Below, piece after piece: positions 1-14,200 of a DNA stretch of 64,000 nt (the first letter of the stretch is position 1; every line of letters starts with the position of its first letter). The translations under genes were made by a program, and so were the position numbers. The notes beneath the pieces were generated by a model. The model saw only the letters and a program-made list of their open reading frames with translations. It did no database searches and was not told the DNA's origin. Origin of the DNA: Auanema rhodensis (Eukaryota; Animalia; Nematoda); NCBI GenBank assembly GCA_964057225.1, contig OZ059894.1:16802001-16866000 (forward strand). Direction: 5' to 3'.

Positions 1-649
1 ATAAGTTATTGATTGAATGTGAACGACACAAAACAGTATGATAGTATACTAATTTCAATTAAATTATTACATTTCTACCACGTTTTAATAATTTAATTTC
101 GATTTTAAACCATAAACAGTTATATTTAATAATATATTCTATCTTATATATAGTAAGAACATGATATTTTAGTTGTAAATTTCATACACTCTTGATGATC
201 TTCTTTTTTTTTGTAATAATAACAATAAACGAAGTTGCGACTAATTTTTCTTTTTGATCTTTTTAAAAAGAAGATTCGTTTGATGATGTTTTTTTTATGT
301 TCAAACCAATTTTTTTTGCAAAAACTTGACTTGGCATTTTCAGGTGAACTATACCAGCCTTGAGGGCATTACAAAGCATGATAGGTCAACCGGATTACGA
401 TCACACTTATACATGACTTTGTGAAATGAAATGTGAAAAGAGAGGTTGTAAACTCACATAGAAGCATGTCGCTTCTTCAAATAGAAACCTATTACAACAA
501 GTATTTTCAAGGAAAAGATCGTTTATAGAAGACGAGAAAAAAGACAAGAATTCGTAGAAGATGTCATAAGTTTTTCATAGAACTCAATAACACGCATGAT
601 TCATCGCTTCTGTTCGCCCTTTGTCCAAGATATAAACATAATAACAAAC

Positions 650-1431
650 CTCTGTAGGAATTGTTTTGCATTCATTAGCTGATTTCTCGCTTGTCTTTGA
701 TGCTGGACGCACACAAAATTGTCTTGGAAAATCACATGTGAAAGGTTCACACTTTGAAGTGCCAACGGCAGTGAAATCTCCCGAAATGAAGTCTTCACCT
801 GAAATATCACACTTTGATCATATGTATATATGATATTGGTTCAATATTTCTCATAGCATTCATATGAAATTAGCTTAAACTATCTGGCAAATCCGAAAAC
901 TAGGGGAGAAAGTGGAAATCCGGGAAAATCAAGAAATCGCGCAGTTAATACCATCGAAGTCCAAACTTTCTCTTTTCTAGGACATTATCTTCAAAAATGA
1001 ATTTAGATATAAATATTATGCTGTGGGAAACTATGAATAACCAAGAGAAATCGAAATTAAAGCTAAAATAACAAGAGTCCTTAAGGATCTCTCTCACTAA
1101 GTCGACCATCCGAACAATCAAAGATTTCCAGTTTTATGAAACAATTGTTAAGAATTTCAAAATTAATCTACTTTCTTGGTATATATTCTGGAATACATAT
1201 GAACCCTATCTTATTCAGCTACTAGGCAATGTGCAAAAACGTAGTAAAAACGTTAAAATATATTAATTTTAAAGAATTAAAACAAGAATAAAGTATGAAA
1301 TCGATACACCTACATTCTTCTGTCTCGAACAGTTTATCCATGAATGGATCTAATTCATCTGGAAGTTCAGCTGCTACATAGTGAGAGAATAAATAAATCC
1401 AAAGTACAGTTAGTGAATACTTAAGCATCAT
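650..1431 (-). CDS. Secreted Cys-rich nematode protein, 5' two exons only; gene probably continues past the window start
   Basis: Exon 1431-1314 (signal peptide MMLKYSLTVLWIYLFSHYVAA...LFETEE, donor t|GTAGGT) joins in phase to exon 798-650 (TTTCAG acceptor): CEDFISGDFTAVGTSKCEPFTCDFPRQFCVRPASKTSEKSANECKTIPTE, donor GTTTGT. No confident downstream exon in the window. Confidence 0.65.
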
Positions 1432-1604
1432 AAAATATATACCAGATTAGGTATTCTCAGAATACTATTATTAACACATGTACTGCTCACAGTCTGACGA
1501 TGCTGGCTAAACTAATTACGATGCGTCGTGATTTCAATTCCTTTGCCCCTGCCTTCTTCTAAAGCGAGTTTTATCCCCACAACCAGTTTGTACGAAAATG
1601 CCCA

Positions 1605-1619
1605 TTCAAACTTCGCGCC
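1605..1619 (-). promoter_or_regulatory. Candidate E2F/CDE + CHR (DREAM-type) element in a GC-richer divergent promoter
   Basis: Minus strand reads GGCGC-GAAG-TTTGAA (plus strand TTCAAACTTCGCGCC): CDE/E2F core, 4-nt spacer, CHR. Lies between divergently transcribed genes. Confidence 0.4.
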
Positions 1620-1976
1620 ACGACACGTTTGCAGTTCGATTACGGTAGAGCTCTCACGTCTCCGGCGCCTGCGTACTCTCTATGGTGGTCTTGACAGCAC
1701 TCCAAAGCCTTCGGTGCATTCACCACTAGCCATTGATATACGATTTGGAGTAGTTATTTTTCGTTTATTTGTCTTACTTGACTATCTTCTTAACTTAAAG
1801 TTATAAATGCTTTATTTAAAACATTATTTTAATTATTTTATTTAATATTCTTCTCCCTTTCCTTCCTTGAAATAAGTGCAGTGTTGGAATCTTTTCATAC
1901 AACCATTGCTTCATTATCTGTCTTCTTAAAAATTTCTAAGGCATTCATTAAATAATTTTTAATTCTAGAAGTTATA

Positions 1977-2228
<252 letters not shown>

Positions 2229-2484
2229 ATTACATAAAACGGTTATTGTAAGAAATCTTCTCATCGTTATTCCTTACTTCGGGCCTAAATTAAATTATTG
2301 AAATTTTAGTTCTGTGTTAATTGTTTTAATTATTCAAATGCTGGAGAGCTGTGATTGTCCAAAAACTACGGAACTGATCCGTTAATAAAACGTTTTAACT
2401 CGAAAAAAAGATGTTCTTTGACGTTGGCTTAATGCCTTTTCGGATTTTTGAATAAACTTGGGGTGAATTATAAACTTTGTAAAG

Positions 2485-3152
2485 ATGCCTAGGTATGTTG
2501 TGCTGATATCTGGTAAGAGAAAGTCGGGGAAGGACTTTTGCTCGAAGATACTATCTGATGCCCTTGGTTGTAGTTATAAATGTGCTGTCATTGGGGTATC
2601 TCACAGTTTGAAAGAAGAGTATGCCATGAAACATGGTTTGTTCTCCTAAAGAAATGCTTTGTTATGAAAGTTACAGGACTGAAATACGAAGAGTTGTTAA
2701 CTGATAGTTTATACAAAGAAGAACACAGAGCTAAGATGATTATTTGGGGTGAAGCCAAGAGAAATTCTGATCCTGGCTATTTTTGCAGGTATAGCAGTAC
2801 TATTCCTAACTGTTGTAAATTCAAAGAAAAAACACACAGGGCTGCACTTAGTTCCGCAAAAAACGCTGTTATTGCTGTTATATCGGACTGTCGAAGAAAA
2901 TCTGACATGGAAGTTTTTAAATCATTGTTTTCTGATAGAAATGTTACTACAGTTCGAATAGAAGCTAGGGAAGAGACACGTATGAAGCGTGGCTATAAAT
3001 TTGTTGATGGTGTGGATAATACTGAATCAGAATGTGGATTGGACGATTATAAATTTGACTATATTATTAAGAATGATGAATGTGTTGAGGATGTTTCAGC
3101 AGTTCTCCAAGAGCTAGCGACCACAATAATAGGAAAACTTAATGAAAATTAA
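2485..3152 (+). CDS. PMVK: Phosphomevalonate kinase, animal type (3 exons)
   Basis: P-loop ISGKRKSGKDF from ATG 2485; YKEEHRAKMIIWGEAKRNSDPGYFCR, ISDCRRKSD and GVDNTESECGLDD match animal PMVK. Introns ~2636-2676 and 2789-2839. Confidence 0.95.
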
Positions 3153-3335
3153 GTACTGATAAGCATATTAGTATATAATGAATTTAGTAAAATATTTAAA
3201 AATTCTATGTATATTTAATAATATATCACGCGATTTCGTTATCTCTTATGATACCTGGTTGACATACTTTTCTGATATAATAAATAGTTATTTTCGATAA
3301 GGATTTTGCCATTTGTTTCTTCTGAGTTTTCAAAT

Positions 3336-5698
3336 ATGGCTGAGCTTGACGCTATTTTCAAGTACGTTTTAATTATTCTTTAACATAAAAGAATAAACTT
3401 GTAGGGATATTGATAATGCATATCCTCAATATCGAGATGTTTTGGCTGAGGCTGTAGCCATTGAAAGTGTATCTTCTGACCCAGCTCGCCGTCCTGATAC
3501 CGTTCGTATGTGTCATTGGATGAAGTGAGAAAACTTCTTCATTTATTTTAATTTTTTTACCTGTTTTGGTTTTCAAGTTTAGTTTTTTAATTGTTATAGA
3601 GAGCGTCTTGAGAAACTCGGTGTTGAAGTTGCTCTTCAAGATATTGGCAACCAAGTACTTGAAGGAACATCGGTAAAATAGATTTCAAGCAGTATTTTTG
3701 CTACGATTTGCTTGTAGGTTCCCCTACCTCCTGTAATTTTCGGAACTCTTGGAAAAGATAAAAGCAAAAAAACTCTTTTAGTATATGGTCATATCGGTTA
3801 GTTTTATCACTTGTGTGTTTTAAAAGCTACTAGTAGCATCCTTAAGAATTCATATTTTGAATTTATATATATATCAGAAATTTTCATAGTTTGATAAGAA
3901 TACCTATGCTCAGCTAAAACTTACTTTGTTATCTTTCTTATGCACACTGTTTATAGTTGTATTTCAGATGTACAGCCTGCTCAGAAGGAGGACGGGTGGA
4001 AGACTGAGCCTTTTGTTCTCACAGAAAGAGGTTTGAATGAATTTTACTAAGTTTTTATAATATAATATGAAAATTAACCGATTTTTTATTTATTTAAATA
4101 AGATATATTATCAATGCTTTAGCCTCTCCAACAATTGACTCAAAAATTTGAATGCAAGTTATAGTTAGAGAAACCAACACATAACTTTAGATGGTAAACT
4201 TTACGGAAGAGGATCTTCTGATGACAAAGGACCTGTATTGTGCTGGCTTCATGCCATTGCCATGATGCAAAAACATAATATCGACATCCCTGTTAATATT
4301 AAGTTTTGCTTTGAAGCTATGGAAGAAAGTGGTTCCGAAGGGCTTGAAGTATCTCTTTATTCATTTATACATTACACCTAGATTTGTTAAGGATCTTCTC
4401 ATCAGAGTTAAGGATACATTTTTGGCTGATGTTGACTTTTGTTGTATATCTGATAGTTACTGGCTTGGTAACACAAAGCCTTGTTTGACCTATGGTTTAA
4501 GGCTAGTTTGAAGTCCAGTCCGGTATGCTTACAGTTATATTTTAGAGGAATTTGTTCTTTTGGTGTTGAAATCACCGGTATCAATCAAGATCTTCACTCA
4601 GGTGTTTATGGTGGAGTAATGTAAGTAATGAAGCATAATTCAATTGAAACTGACCGAATTCTAATGAATTTAGTCATGAACCAATGTCTGATCTAGTTTG
4701 GATTCTCTCCCAACTTGTTACACACGATAACAGGATCCAAATCCCAGGTAGGTCACCTATTCGTTGGTCTTCTGACTATTTTATTTGTATTAGGAATTTA
4801 TAACGATGTTGCACCTATGACCACAAGTGAAACTTCTTTATACAGAGACATTGATTTCAGTGTCGAAGAATTCAAAAACAGTGTTGGAGCTAAGAAGCTT
4901 CCAGTCGAAGATAAAGAAACAGTCCTTATTAGAAGATGGCGAGAGCCTTGGTATAAATAAAAGGCTACAAATACTAAGAATTTAAATTAATTTCAGTCTA
5001 TCTATTCACGGAGTAGAAGGTGCCTTCTCCGGAAAAGGGGAAAAAACTGTAATTCCATCTAAAGTAATTGGAAAGTTCTCAATCAGAATTGTGCCCAACA
5101 TGAAACCAGAACAAGTAACCAAGTTGACAATTGATTACTTAAATAAGGTTTGGGCTACACGTGGATCTCCCAATACTTTCAAGTAATTTTAAAAAATATT
5201 AAATCTACTTTAAAATTTTGTTCAGGCCTGTCGGTCATCAAGGATTCTTACCATGGGTTGCTTCAACTACTGACCCTAACTATGTTGCGGGAGCACGCGC
5301 AATGCAAACAGGTAAATTACGGATATCACTTAATTAATATAATTTGTTTTTATATTTATCTGCTTTCATGTATTTTGATTTTTAGTTCATGGCGTTGATC
5401 CTGATTTGATCCGAGAGGGTTGCAGCATACCTATAACCTTAACTTTCCAGGTTAGTAAGTTAAATAATCAAGAATTATATAAAAATAATATAGTCTTCAA
5501 CCAAATAAAATGTAAAATTGTAATGTAATGCTATTTGACTTTGCAATTTAGGAACTCACCGGCAAAAATGTACTTCTATTGCCATTGGGTGCTTCTGATG
5601 ACATGGCTCACTCTCAAAATGAAAAGAATAATATAATTAACTACGTTCAGGGAGTAAAAACGCTTTTGGCATATATTCTCGAATTGGGAAAGGTTTAG
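3336..5698 (+). CDS. CNDP2: Cytosolic non-specific dipeptidase (peptidase M20A, CNDP2/pes-9 type), multi-exon
   Basis: Spliced motifs [66 protein letters not shown]; stop TAG 5696-5698. Confidence 0.95.
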
Positions 5699-5931
5699 AA
5701 TGTTGTTGATCGTACAAGATCATAGCGATGTGATATTGCTCGATAGTTGTATTTGTGTATTCTTATCTATTAAACAGTATATGATAACATTTGTTTTTTG
5801 AAGAACAAGAATAATGCCGAGAGTAACATTGTTATTGTGAATTTGATCTACAAGGCTTATCATTATGAAGAATATTTACTGATTCTCATCCATATAAAAA
5901 GTTGAAAAAATTGAAATTATTAGCTGTCATC

Positions 5932-6786
5932 ATGGTTCGACCAATTTTGATATGCTCTGTTCTCTTTCTCATGCTTTGCATATATGCAAGCGATGCTCAA
6001 AAAGTATTGAAGTTCTACAAAGGCTTGAAGAAAAAAATATTAAAGGTATGTTTAGAAGCGCCTTCACAGGCCAACATTTCTATTATAGGAGCACAATAAG
6101 CTTCGATCGAAATTTGCTAAAGGAAAGTTTACTGATGGCCAAGGTAACAAATTCCCTAAGGCTAAGGATATGATCAGACTTGTATGAAAACATAGCATAT
6201 AATATTTTATTTTATTAAATATTCAATCAGGTTTGGAATAAGAAAATGGCCAAAACAGCTGAAAAGGCTGCAAAGGCCTGCAAGATGGGTCCTCCAATCA
6301 ACAATAACTTGGGAGAAAGCCAGTTCACCGCCTTCTCTAACAGTACTATCGCCGATCCCGAAAATTTGGTATACAACTGAGCAAAGCTGATTGCAGTTCC
6401 ATTATGCTTATTTAGGCTTTGGATGCTGTTAAGGCATGGCTTAAGGAATTCGATCAGGGATGGAACCCTAATCTTTTAACCAAATCTGAAATTGGACATG
6501 CTATCCAAGTCTGAGCCTAAAATGAAGTCAAAAACTTAATATGCCATTTAGGCTGTATGGGGAAGAACTCGTAAAATCGGATGTGCTATTGTATCCTGTG
6601 ATGGTGGAAAAGGAGTTATGGTTGTCTGCGAATATGCACCAAAGTAAGTTGTCATCTGAGATCTGGCATATAATTGGCCATTATAGGGGTAATATGGCAA
6701 ACAAAAAGGCTTACAAACCTGGAAAAACCTGCCAAGCTTGTCCGAAACGCTTCAAATGCAACAAGAAGAAAGGACTATGCGGATAA
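5932..6786 (+). CDS. CAP/SCP/TAPS (venom-allergen-like) secreted protein 1; single domain, very Lys-rich, 6 exons
   Basis: Signal peptide MVRPILICSVLFLMLCIYASDA; EHNKLRSKFAKG, VWNKKMA, LGES, IGHAIQ|AVWGRTRKIGCA, VVCEYAPKGN, C-terminal CQACPKRFKCNKKKGLCG*. TATA-like TATAAAA at ~5893. Confidence 0.93.
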
Positions 6787-8011
6787 ATGATTTCTTTTAT
6801 GCGTATATGTGTATCTATACTTGTGTCTGTATTTACGGAAATATCGAACTCAATAAACTTTACATTCGCAATTAATGTGTATAATTCATAAAGAAAAACA
6901 GAAGCACCTTTTCTTATCAGTCTTTTTTTCTCAAAACGGAAGAACAATTTTGTATGACGTAATGTTACAGAGATTATAATTATTATTTACATATAAAAAC
7001 ATTATCATAATGATCGAAACCATATGAATTATAATAGTTTAATAACATTTCATATGAAGTAAGCGTTGATTTCATAAAATTTGTGCTTTTTTAATCTCAT
7101 AATAATATTATCTTTGAATCAGATTAATAACTGAAAATATTTGTTATATCAAGTTTTAAGTTGGGAAAGATTATGTATAAACTGATATGATTATTTTTTA
7201 TTAAGATTACTAGTTAGTTGTAGATCAAATCAAAAAACAGATTATTTTTGTTTATTAATTGTTTTTCTTAAATTATTAGAAAACAGCATTTATTTATGAA
7301 GATAACAAAATTTTTCAGATACAACAAATGATGCAAACTTCCATAAACTAATATTGATATATAATTATATGATAACACTGAAATGAACATTGAATATATG
7401 AATTAACAGTATTTTTTATGTTCACGTTTTCTTGAGAAAAATCATAAAAAAAAACCTCATTTATAAATTTGAAAAAAAACAATCGGTTGGTCATAATATT
7501 GCATCAGATCTTTTTAAGAATTCAACATTTTTCTGTATGGCGCCAATAGGTTTACTCAGTTTCAACTTGTTTAGCTGGAATTTATGATCTTGTTTTTATT
7601 ACAAAAAATAAGAAACTTTTTAAAATACGATGGATAGTAGAGATTGATATATAAAAATTTTCTAAGAGTACTATATATTAGTATTATGTTATGAAATGTT
7701 TATATTTACTACTATTTGATCATTGACTTCGTAAATGGGTGCAAATCTAAAAAAAACATTAAGTTGATAAAGCAGGACAATGTCTATAGCCTACAGTACA
7801 TAATTATAACGTTAGCTATTGAAATTCTAGTCTATGTGTGAGCTGATAATTTGACGTCGTTATGTTTTTTTTCCTAATCTAATATTGTATACAAATAGAT
7901 GCCTTCCTATTCATATGTTTGTTTAATGTAATATTCTTATCATACTAAGCTTATTTACCTACTTAGGTTTTTTTAAAGTGTCGGTTCTCATTTCCAAGCT
8001 CATTCGGTGCT

Positions 8012-8170
8012 ATGATGAGTCCGCGGCTGCTGCTGGCTATTTCGATAATAGGTATGATTTAGCTTTTGAATTATACGTTTTTTTCTTGAATTTCGAGAAA
8101 AAAAACCTTTTTTTCAGTCCTTCTTTTCCTATTACTGTTAATTATATATTTTTATATATAATAAATTGTG

Positions 8171-8201
<31 letters not shown>

Positions 8202-11200
8202 TATATATATATATATTATTTAATTAAATTAATATATAATATTAAATTTTATGTATTATTTTTGTTTAAAATTAAAACTCTTAATATTTAGCTGTCATCA
8301 GCGCTGATATAACCGGATCTGGTTCTGCACAGGATTTCTTAAATTGTAAGTCCTCCTAGTATAACTTTCTGTATTTCTTAAAATTCATGTTATAGATTTG
8401 CAATCTGCAAATAATGTGCAAGGTTATGCTTTACCAGATGGCGCTCTCATTCAGCCACAATTGTTACATAAGCTTCCCCCTGGATTCTCCGTCAGCTCTC
8501 GCCCTGTCGTAACTAAGATTCCGGGTGTCATGATGAGTATGACTAGCAACGCCGGTTATGGTCCTATAAATAACAACCAGATATCTAATGTAATATCTGG
8601 AATGCAATTGGACAATGGAGAAGTACCTTGCGAAAAAACTTTGTTCGCACTCAGAGAAGTAACAGGACTTGGAATGGCACAACTTGCTGCTGCCACAAAC
8701 CAGATTTTGGGTCAGCTTGCACTAGCTATCGGAAGTATAACTGGTCACACCAACAGTTTACCTCCTAGCACTACTGGGGATATCTCAGATTATGACCTGT
8801 CATTTTACTTAATGACTGGTACTTTACCAGGAAAACTCTATTCACCTGAATACACGTTGAATAATATCCTGATAACTTCTGATTCATCTCCTTTCTGGAA
8901 CCCCGTTGATGGATGGAACACCGAGCCTACTGATGAAACTCCTGATCATATTGATCTGGAAAACACATTCAGCTATTTCAATATTCCAAACTTCATACCT
9001 CACCAAATCGGATATCCTACATTGACACCAGTAGACTTAGGATACGAACCAACTAATCCCTCAACCAACCCTGGTAGTCCAGTGGTTTTCAAAATTACCA
9101 TTCCAGATTATCTAGCACCATTCTTCCCAAATGGCCAGATTCCTCCTCAGTTCCCTGTTTTCATGCAGACTCTGATTATAACCGTTCAGAAACATCACAT
9201 ATCACCAGAAACTATGCAGATTCCACCCGCTCTTATGATGTTTTTCCCGGGCAGAAATGTTCCTTTCGAAGTTATACAATTTGTATATCAAACGTTGGTC
9301 GAGCACACCTTGTATATTCGCTATATTCCTCTTGAGCTGGCTCAATATTTCCCTAACGGTCAATTCCCACAAACGTTCATCGATTTCATTTTGAAATTGA
9401 GCACTGGTGTCTCTATCCCACCTGAGGATGTTGTCCCAACCTTGGTTATTTTCTTCCCAAGCGGAACAGTCCCAGAGCCAGTGGTGAACTTTGTCATAAA
9501 CTTTATTTTCACTCACTCTTTACCGGAAACTGACGAGGAACAGGAAAACCTTCCAACAGATTCGTATCCAGAAACAATGTCTCCAGAAGAGATCTCAGTT
9601 CCTGAAGAATTGGCACCTTACTTCCCAGAAGAAGAAATTCCCGAAGAATTTATCGACTTCCTCAAGGATTTGGCACCCTATCTTGAACAACAAGGAAGCA
9701 TGCCAATAACATTCCAAATTCCTGAAAAATTAATGATTTTCTTCCCAACTGGTGAAATACCATTACCAATTTTAAATTTCATACAAAACTTCATCATTAC
9801 ATGGCATAAGCCAACAGACACACCACAGCCCATTGATGACTCCCCACTTCTGAAACCAACAGATGAAGAACCAGATGAGGAAACTGATGACGATCTCAGC
9901 GTAGAAAACGATGAAGAATTCCCAACTGATTCATACCCAGAAGGCACAAGTCCTGAAGAGATCACCGTACCTGAAGAGCTCGCCCCATACTTCCCACAAG
10001 GACAGATTCCACAGCTTTTCATCGACCTCTTGAAGGATCTTACCTTCACTCTTGATTCACCTGACACCAACAGATATACCGTCACTTTGCCGATTGAGTT
10101 CACATTCCTCTTCCCAGATGGCCAAATCCCAGAACCAGTTCAGAAGTTTATCGTGAACTTCATTCTCACTTGGCATCACCCAACCCACAAGCCAACAAGT
10201 CCCATGGATCCAACTGGAGAAGAGCCAGAGTATGGAGAACCAACATACGAAGACCCAACAGGAGAAGAGCCAGTGTATGGAGAACCAACAAACGAATACC
10301 CAACTGGAGAAGAGCCAGTGTATGGAGAACCAACAAACGAATACCCAACTGGAGAAGAACCTGTATATGGAGAACCAGACGAGGAAACTGATGACGATCT
10401 CAGCGTAGAAAACGATGAAGAATTCCCAACTGATTCATACCCAGAAGGCACAAGCCCTGAAGAGATCACCGTACCTGAAGAGCTCGCTCCATACTTCCCA
10501 CAAGGTGAGGTTCCAGAAGAATTTGTCGACATGTTAAAGGAACTTACTTTCACCCTTGATTCACCTGGCACCAACAGATTCACCATCCCACTGCCTATGG
10601 AGTTCACATTCCTCTTCCCTAATGGTCAAATCCCAGAACCAGTTCAGAAGTTTATCATGAACTTCATTCTCACTTGGCATCACCCAACACACAAGCCAAC
10701 AGGCCCCGTTGGTGATCACCCAACCCACAAGCCAGTAGGCCCCGTTGCTGATCACCCATTAGAATTCATTCCTGATGAGTATTCACCTGAGGATATCTCA
10801 GAATATGAAGCCACATACGAGGACCCAACAGGTGAAGAGCCAGTGTATGGAGAACCAACAAACGAATACCCAACAGGACAACCACTAGAGGATATAGAAC
10901 CAAAATACGATTTCCCAACAGGAGAAGAGCCAGTGTATGGAGAACCAACAAACGAATACCCAACTGGAGAAGAACCTGTGTATGGAGAACCAGACGAGGA
11001 AACTGATGACGATCTCAGCGTAGAAAACGATGAAGAATTCCCAACAGATTCATACCCAGAAGGCACAAGTCCTGAAGAGATCACCGTACCTGAAGAGCTC
11101 GCCCCATACTTCCCACAAGGACAGATTCCACAGCTTTTCATCGACCTCTTGAAGGATCTTACCTTCACTCTTGATTCACCTGACACCAACAGATATACCG

Positions 11201-14200
11201 TCACTTTGCCGATTGAGTTCACATTCCTCTTCCCAGATGGCCAAATCCCAGAACCAGTTCAGAACTTTATCGTGAACTTCATTCTCACTTGGCATCACCC
11301 AACACACAAGCCAACAAGTCCCATGGACCCAACTGGAGAAGAGCCAGAGTATGGAGAACCCACATACGAAGACCCAACAGGAGAAGAGCCAGTGTATGGA
11401 GAACCCACATATGAAGACCCAACAGGAGAAGAGCCAGTGTATGGAGAACCAACAAACGAATACCCAACTGGAGAAGAACCTGTATATGGAGAACCAGACG
11501 AGGAAACTGATGACGATCTCAGCGTAGAAAACGATGAAGAATTCCCAACTGATTCATACCCAGAAGGCACAAGTCCTGAAGAAATCACCGTACCTGAAGA
11601 GCTCGCCCCATACTTCCCACAAGGACAGATTCCACAGCTTTTCATCGACCTCTTGAAGGATCTTACCTTCACTCTTGATTCACCTGACACCAACAGATAT
11701 ACCGTCACTTTGCCGATTGAGTTCACATTCCTCTTCCCTGATGGTCAAATCCCAGAACCAGTTCAGAAGTTTATCGTGAACTTCATTCTCACTTGGCATC
11801 ACCCAACCCACAAGCCAACAGGACCCGTTGCTGATCACCCATTAGAATTCATTCCTGATGAGTATTCACCTGAGGATATCTCAGAATATGAAGCCACATA
11901 CGAGGACCCAACAGGAGAAGAGCCAGTGTATGGAGAACCAACAAACGAATACCCAACTGGAGAAGAGCCAGTGTATGGAGAACCAACAAACGAATACCCA
12001 ACTGGAGAAGAACCTGTATATGGAGAACCAGACGAGGAAACTGATGACGATCTCAGCGTAGAAAACGATGAAGAATTCCCAACTGATTCATACCCAGAAG
12101 GCACAAGTCCTGAAGAGATCACCGTACCTGAAGAGCTCGCCCCATACTTCCCACAAGGACAAATTCCACAGCTTTTCATCGACCTCTTGAAGGATCTTAC
12201 CTTCACTCTTGATTCACCTGACACCAACAGATATACCGTCACTTTGCCGATTGAGTTCACATTCCTCTTCCCAGATGGCCAAATCCCAGAACCAGTTCAA
12301 AACTTTATCGTGAACTTCATTCTCACTTGGCATCACCCAACACACAAGCCAACAAGTCCCATGGAGCCAACTGGAGAACAGCCAGAGTATGGAGAACCCA
12401 CATACGAAGACCCAACAGGAGAAGAGCCAGTGTATGGAGAACCAACAAACGAATACCCAACTGGAGAAGAACCTGTGTATGGAGAACCAGACGAGGAAAC
12501 TGATGACGATCTCAGCGTAGAAAACGATGAAGAATTCCCAACTGATTCATACCCAGAAGGCACAAGTCCTGAAGAGATCACCGTACCTGAAGAGCTCGCC
12601 CCATACTTCCCACAAGGACAAATTCCACAGCTTTTCATCGACCTCTTGAAGGATCTTACCTTCACTCTTGATTCACCTGACACCAACAGATATACCGTCA
12701 CTTTGCCGATTGAGTTCACATTCCTCTTCCCAGATGGCCAAATCCCAGAACCAGTTCAAAACTTTATCGTGAACTTCATTCTCACTTGGCATCACCCAAC
12801 ACACAAGCCAACAAGTCCCATGGAGCCAACTGGAGAACAGCCAGAGTATGGAGAACCCACATACGAAGACCCAACAGGAGAAGAGCCAGTGTATGGAGAA
12901 CCAACAAACGAATACCCAACTGGAGAAGAACCTGTATATGGAGAACCAGACGAGGAAACTGATGACGATCTCAGCGTAGAAAACGATGAAGAATTCCCAA
13001 CTGATTCATACCCAGAAGGCACAAGCCCTGAAGAAATCACCGTACCTGAAGAACTTGGAGAATCGTTCCCAGAAGGTGAGGTTCCAGAAGAATTTGTCGA
13101 CATGTTAAAGGAACTTACTTTCACCCTTGATTCACCTGGCACCAACAGATTCACCATCCCACTGCCTATGGAGTTCACATTCCTCTTCCCTAATGGTCAA
13201 ATCCCAGAACCAGTTCAGAAGTTTATCATGAACTTCATTCTCACTTGGCATCACCCAACACACAAGCCAACAGGCCCCGTTGGTGATCACCCAACCCACA
13301 AGCCAGTAGGCCCCGTTGCTGATCACCCATTAGAATTCATTCCTGATGAGTATTCACCTGAGGATATCTCAGAATATGAAGCCACATACGAGGACCCAAC
13401 AGGAGAAGAGCCAGTGTATGGAGAACCAACAAACGAATACCCAACAGGAGAAGAGCCAGTGTATGGAGAACCAACAAACGAATACCCAACTGGAGAAGAG
13501 CCAGTATATGGAGAACCAGAAGAGGAAACTGATGACGATCTCAGCGTAGAAAACGATGAAGAATTCCCAACTGATTCATACCCAGAAGGCACAAGCCCTG
13601 AAGAAATCACCGTACCTGAAGAACTTGGAGAATCGTTCCCAGAAGGTGAGGTTCCAGAAGAATTCGTCGACATGTTAAAGGAACTTACTTTCACCCTTGA
13701 TTCACCTGGCACTAACAGATTCACCATCCCATTGCCTATGGAGTTCACATTCCTCTTCCCTAACGGTCAAATCCCAGAACCAGTTCAGAAGTTTATTATG
13801 AACTTCATTCTCACTTGGCATCACCCAACCCATAAGCCAACAAGTCCCATGGACCCAACTGGAGAACAGCCAGAGTATGGAGAACCAACATACGAAGACC
13901 CAACAGGAGAAGAGCCAGTGTATGGAGAACCAACAAACGAATACCCAACTGGAGAAGAGCCAGTGTATGGAGAACCAACAAACGAATACCCAACTGGAGA
14001 AGAACCTGTATATGGAGAACCAGAAGAGGAAACTGATGACGATCTCAGTGTAGAAAACGATGAAGAATTCCCAACTGATTCATACCCAGAAGGCACAAGC
14101 CCTGAAGAAATCACCGTACCTGAAGAACTTGGAGAATCGTTCCCAGAAGGTGAGGTTCCAGAAGAGTTCGTCGACATGTTAAAGGAACTTACTTTCACCC

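Noticed and set aside
1528-1806. 92-aa plus-strand ORF
   Set aside because: Non-ATG start, no splice support or family motif; coincides with a GC-richer divergent promoter.
8647-8700. ALREVTGLGMAQLAAA resembles ribosomal L7/L12, EF-Ts or HTH motifs
   Set aside because: Too short, inside a secreted protein, with no flanking similarity.
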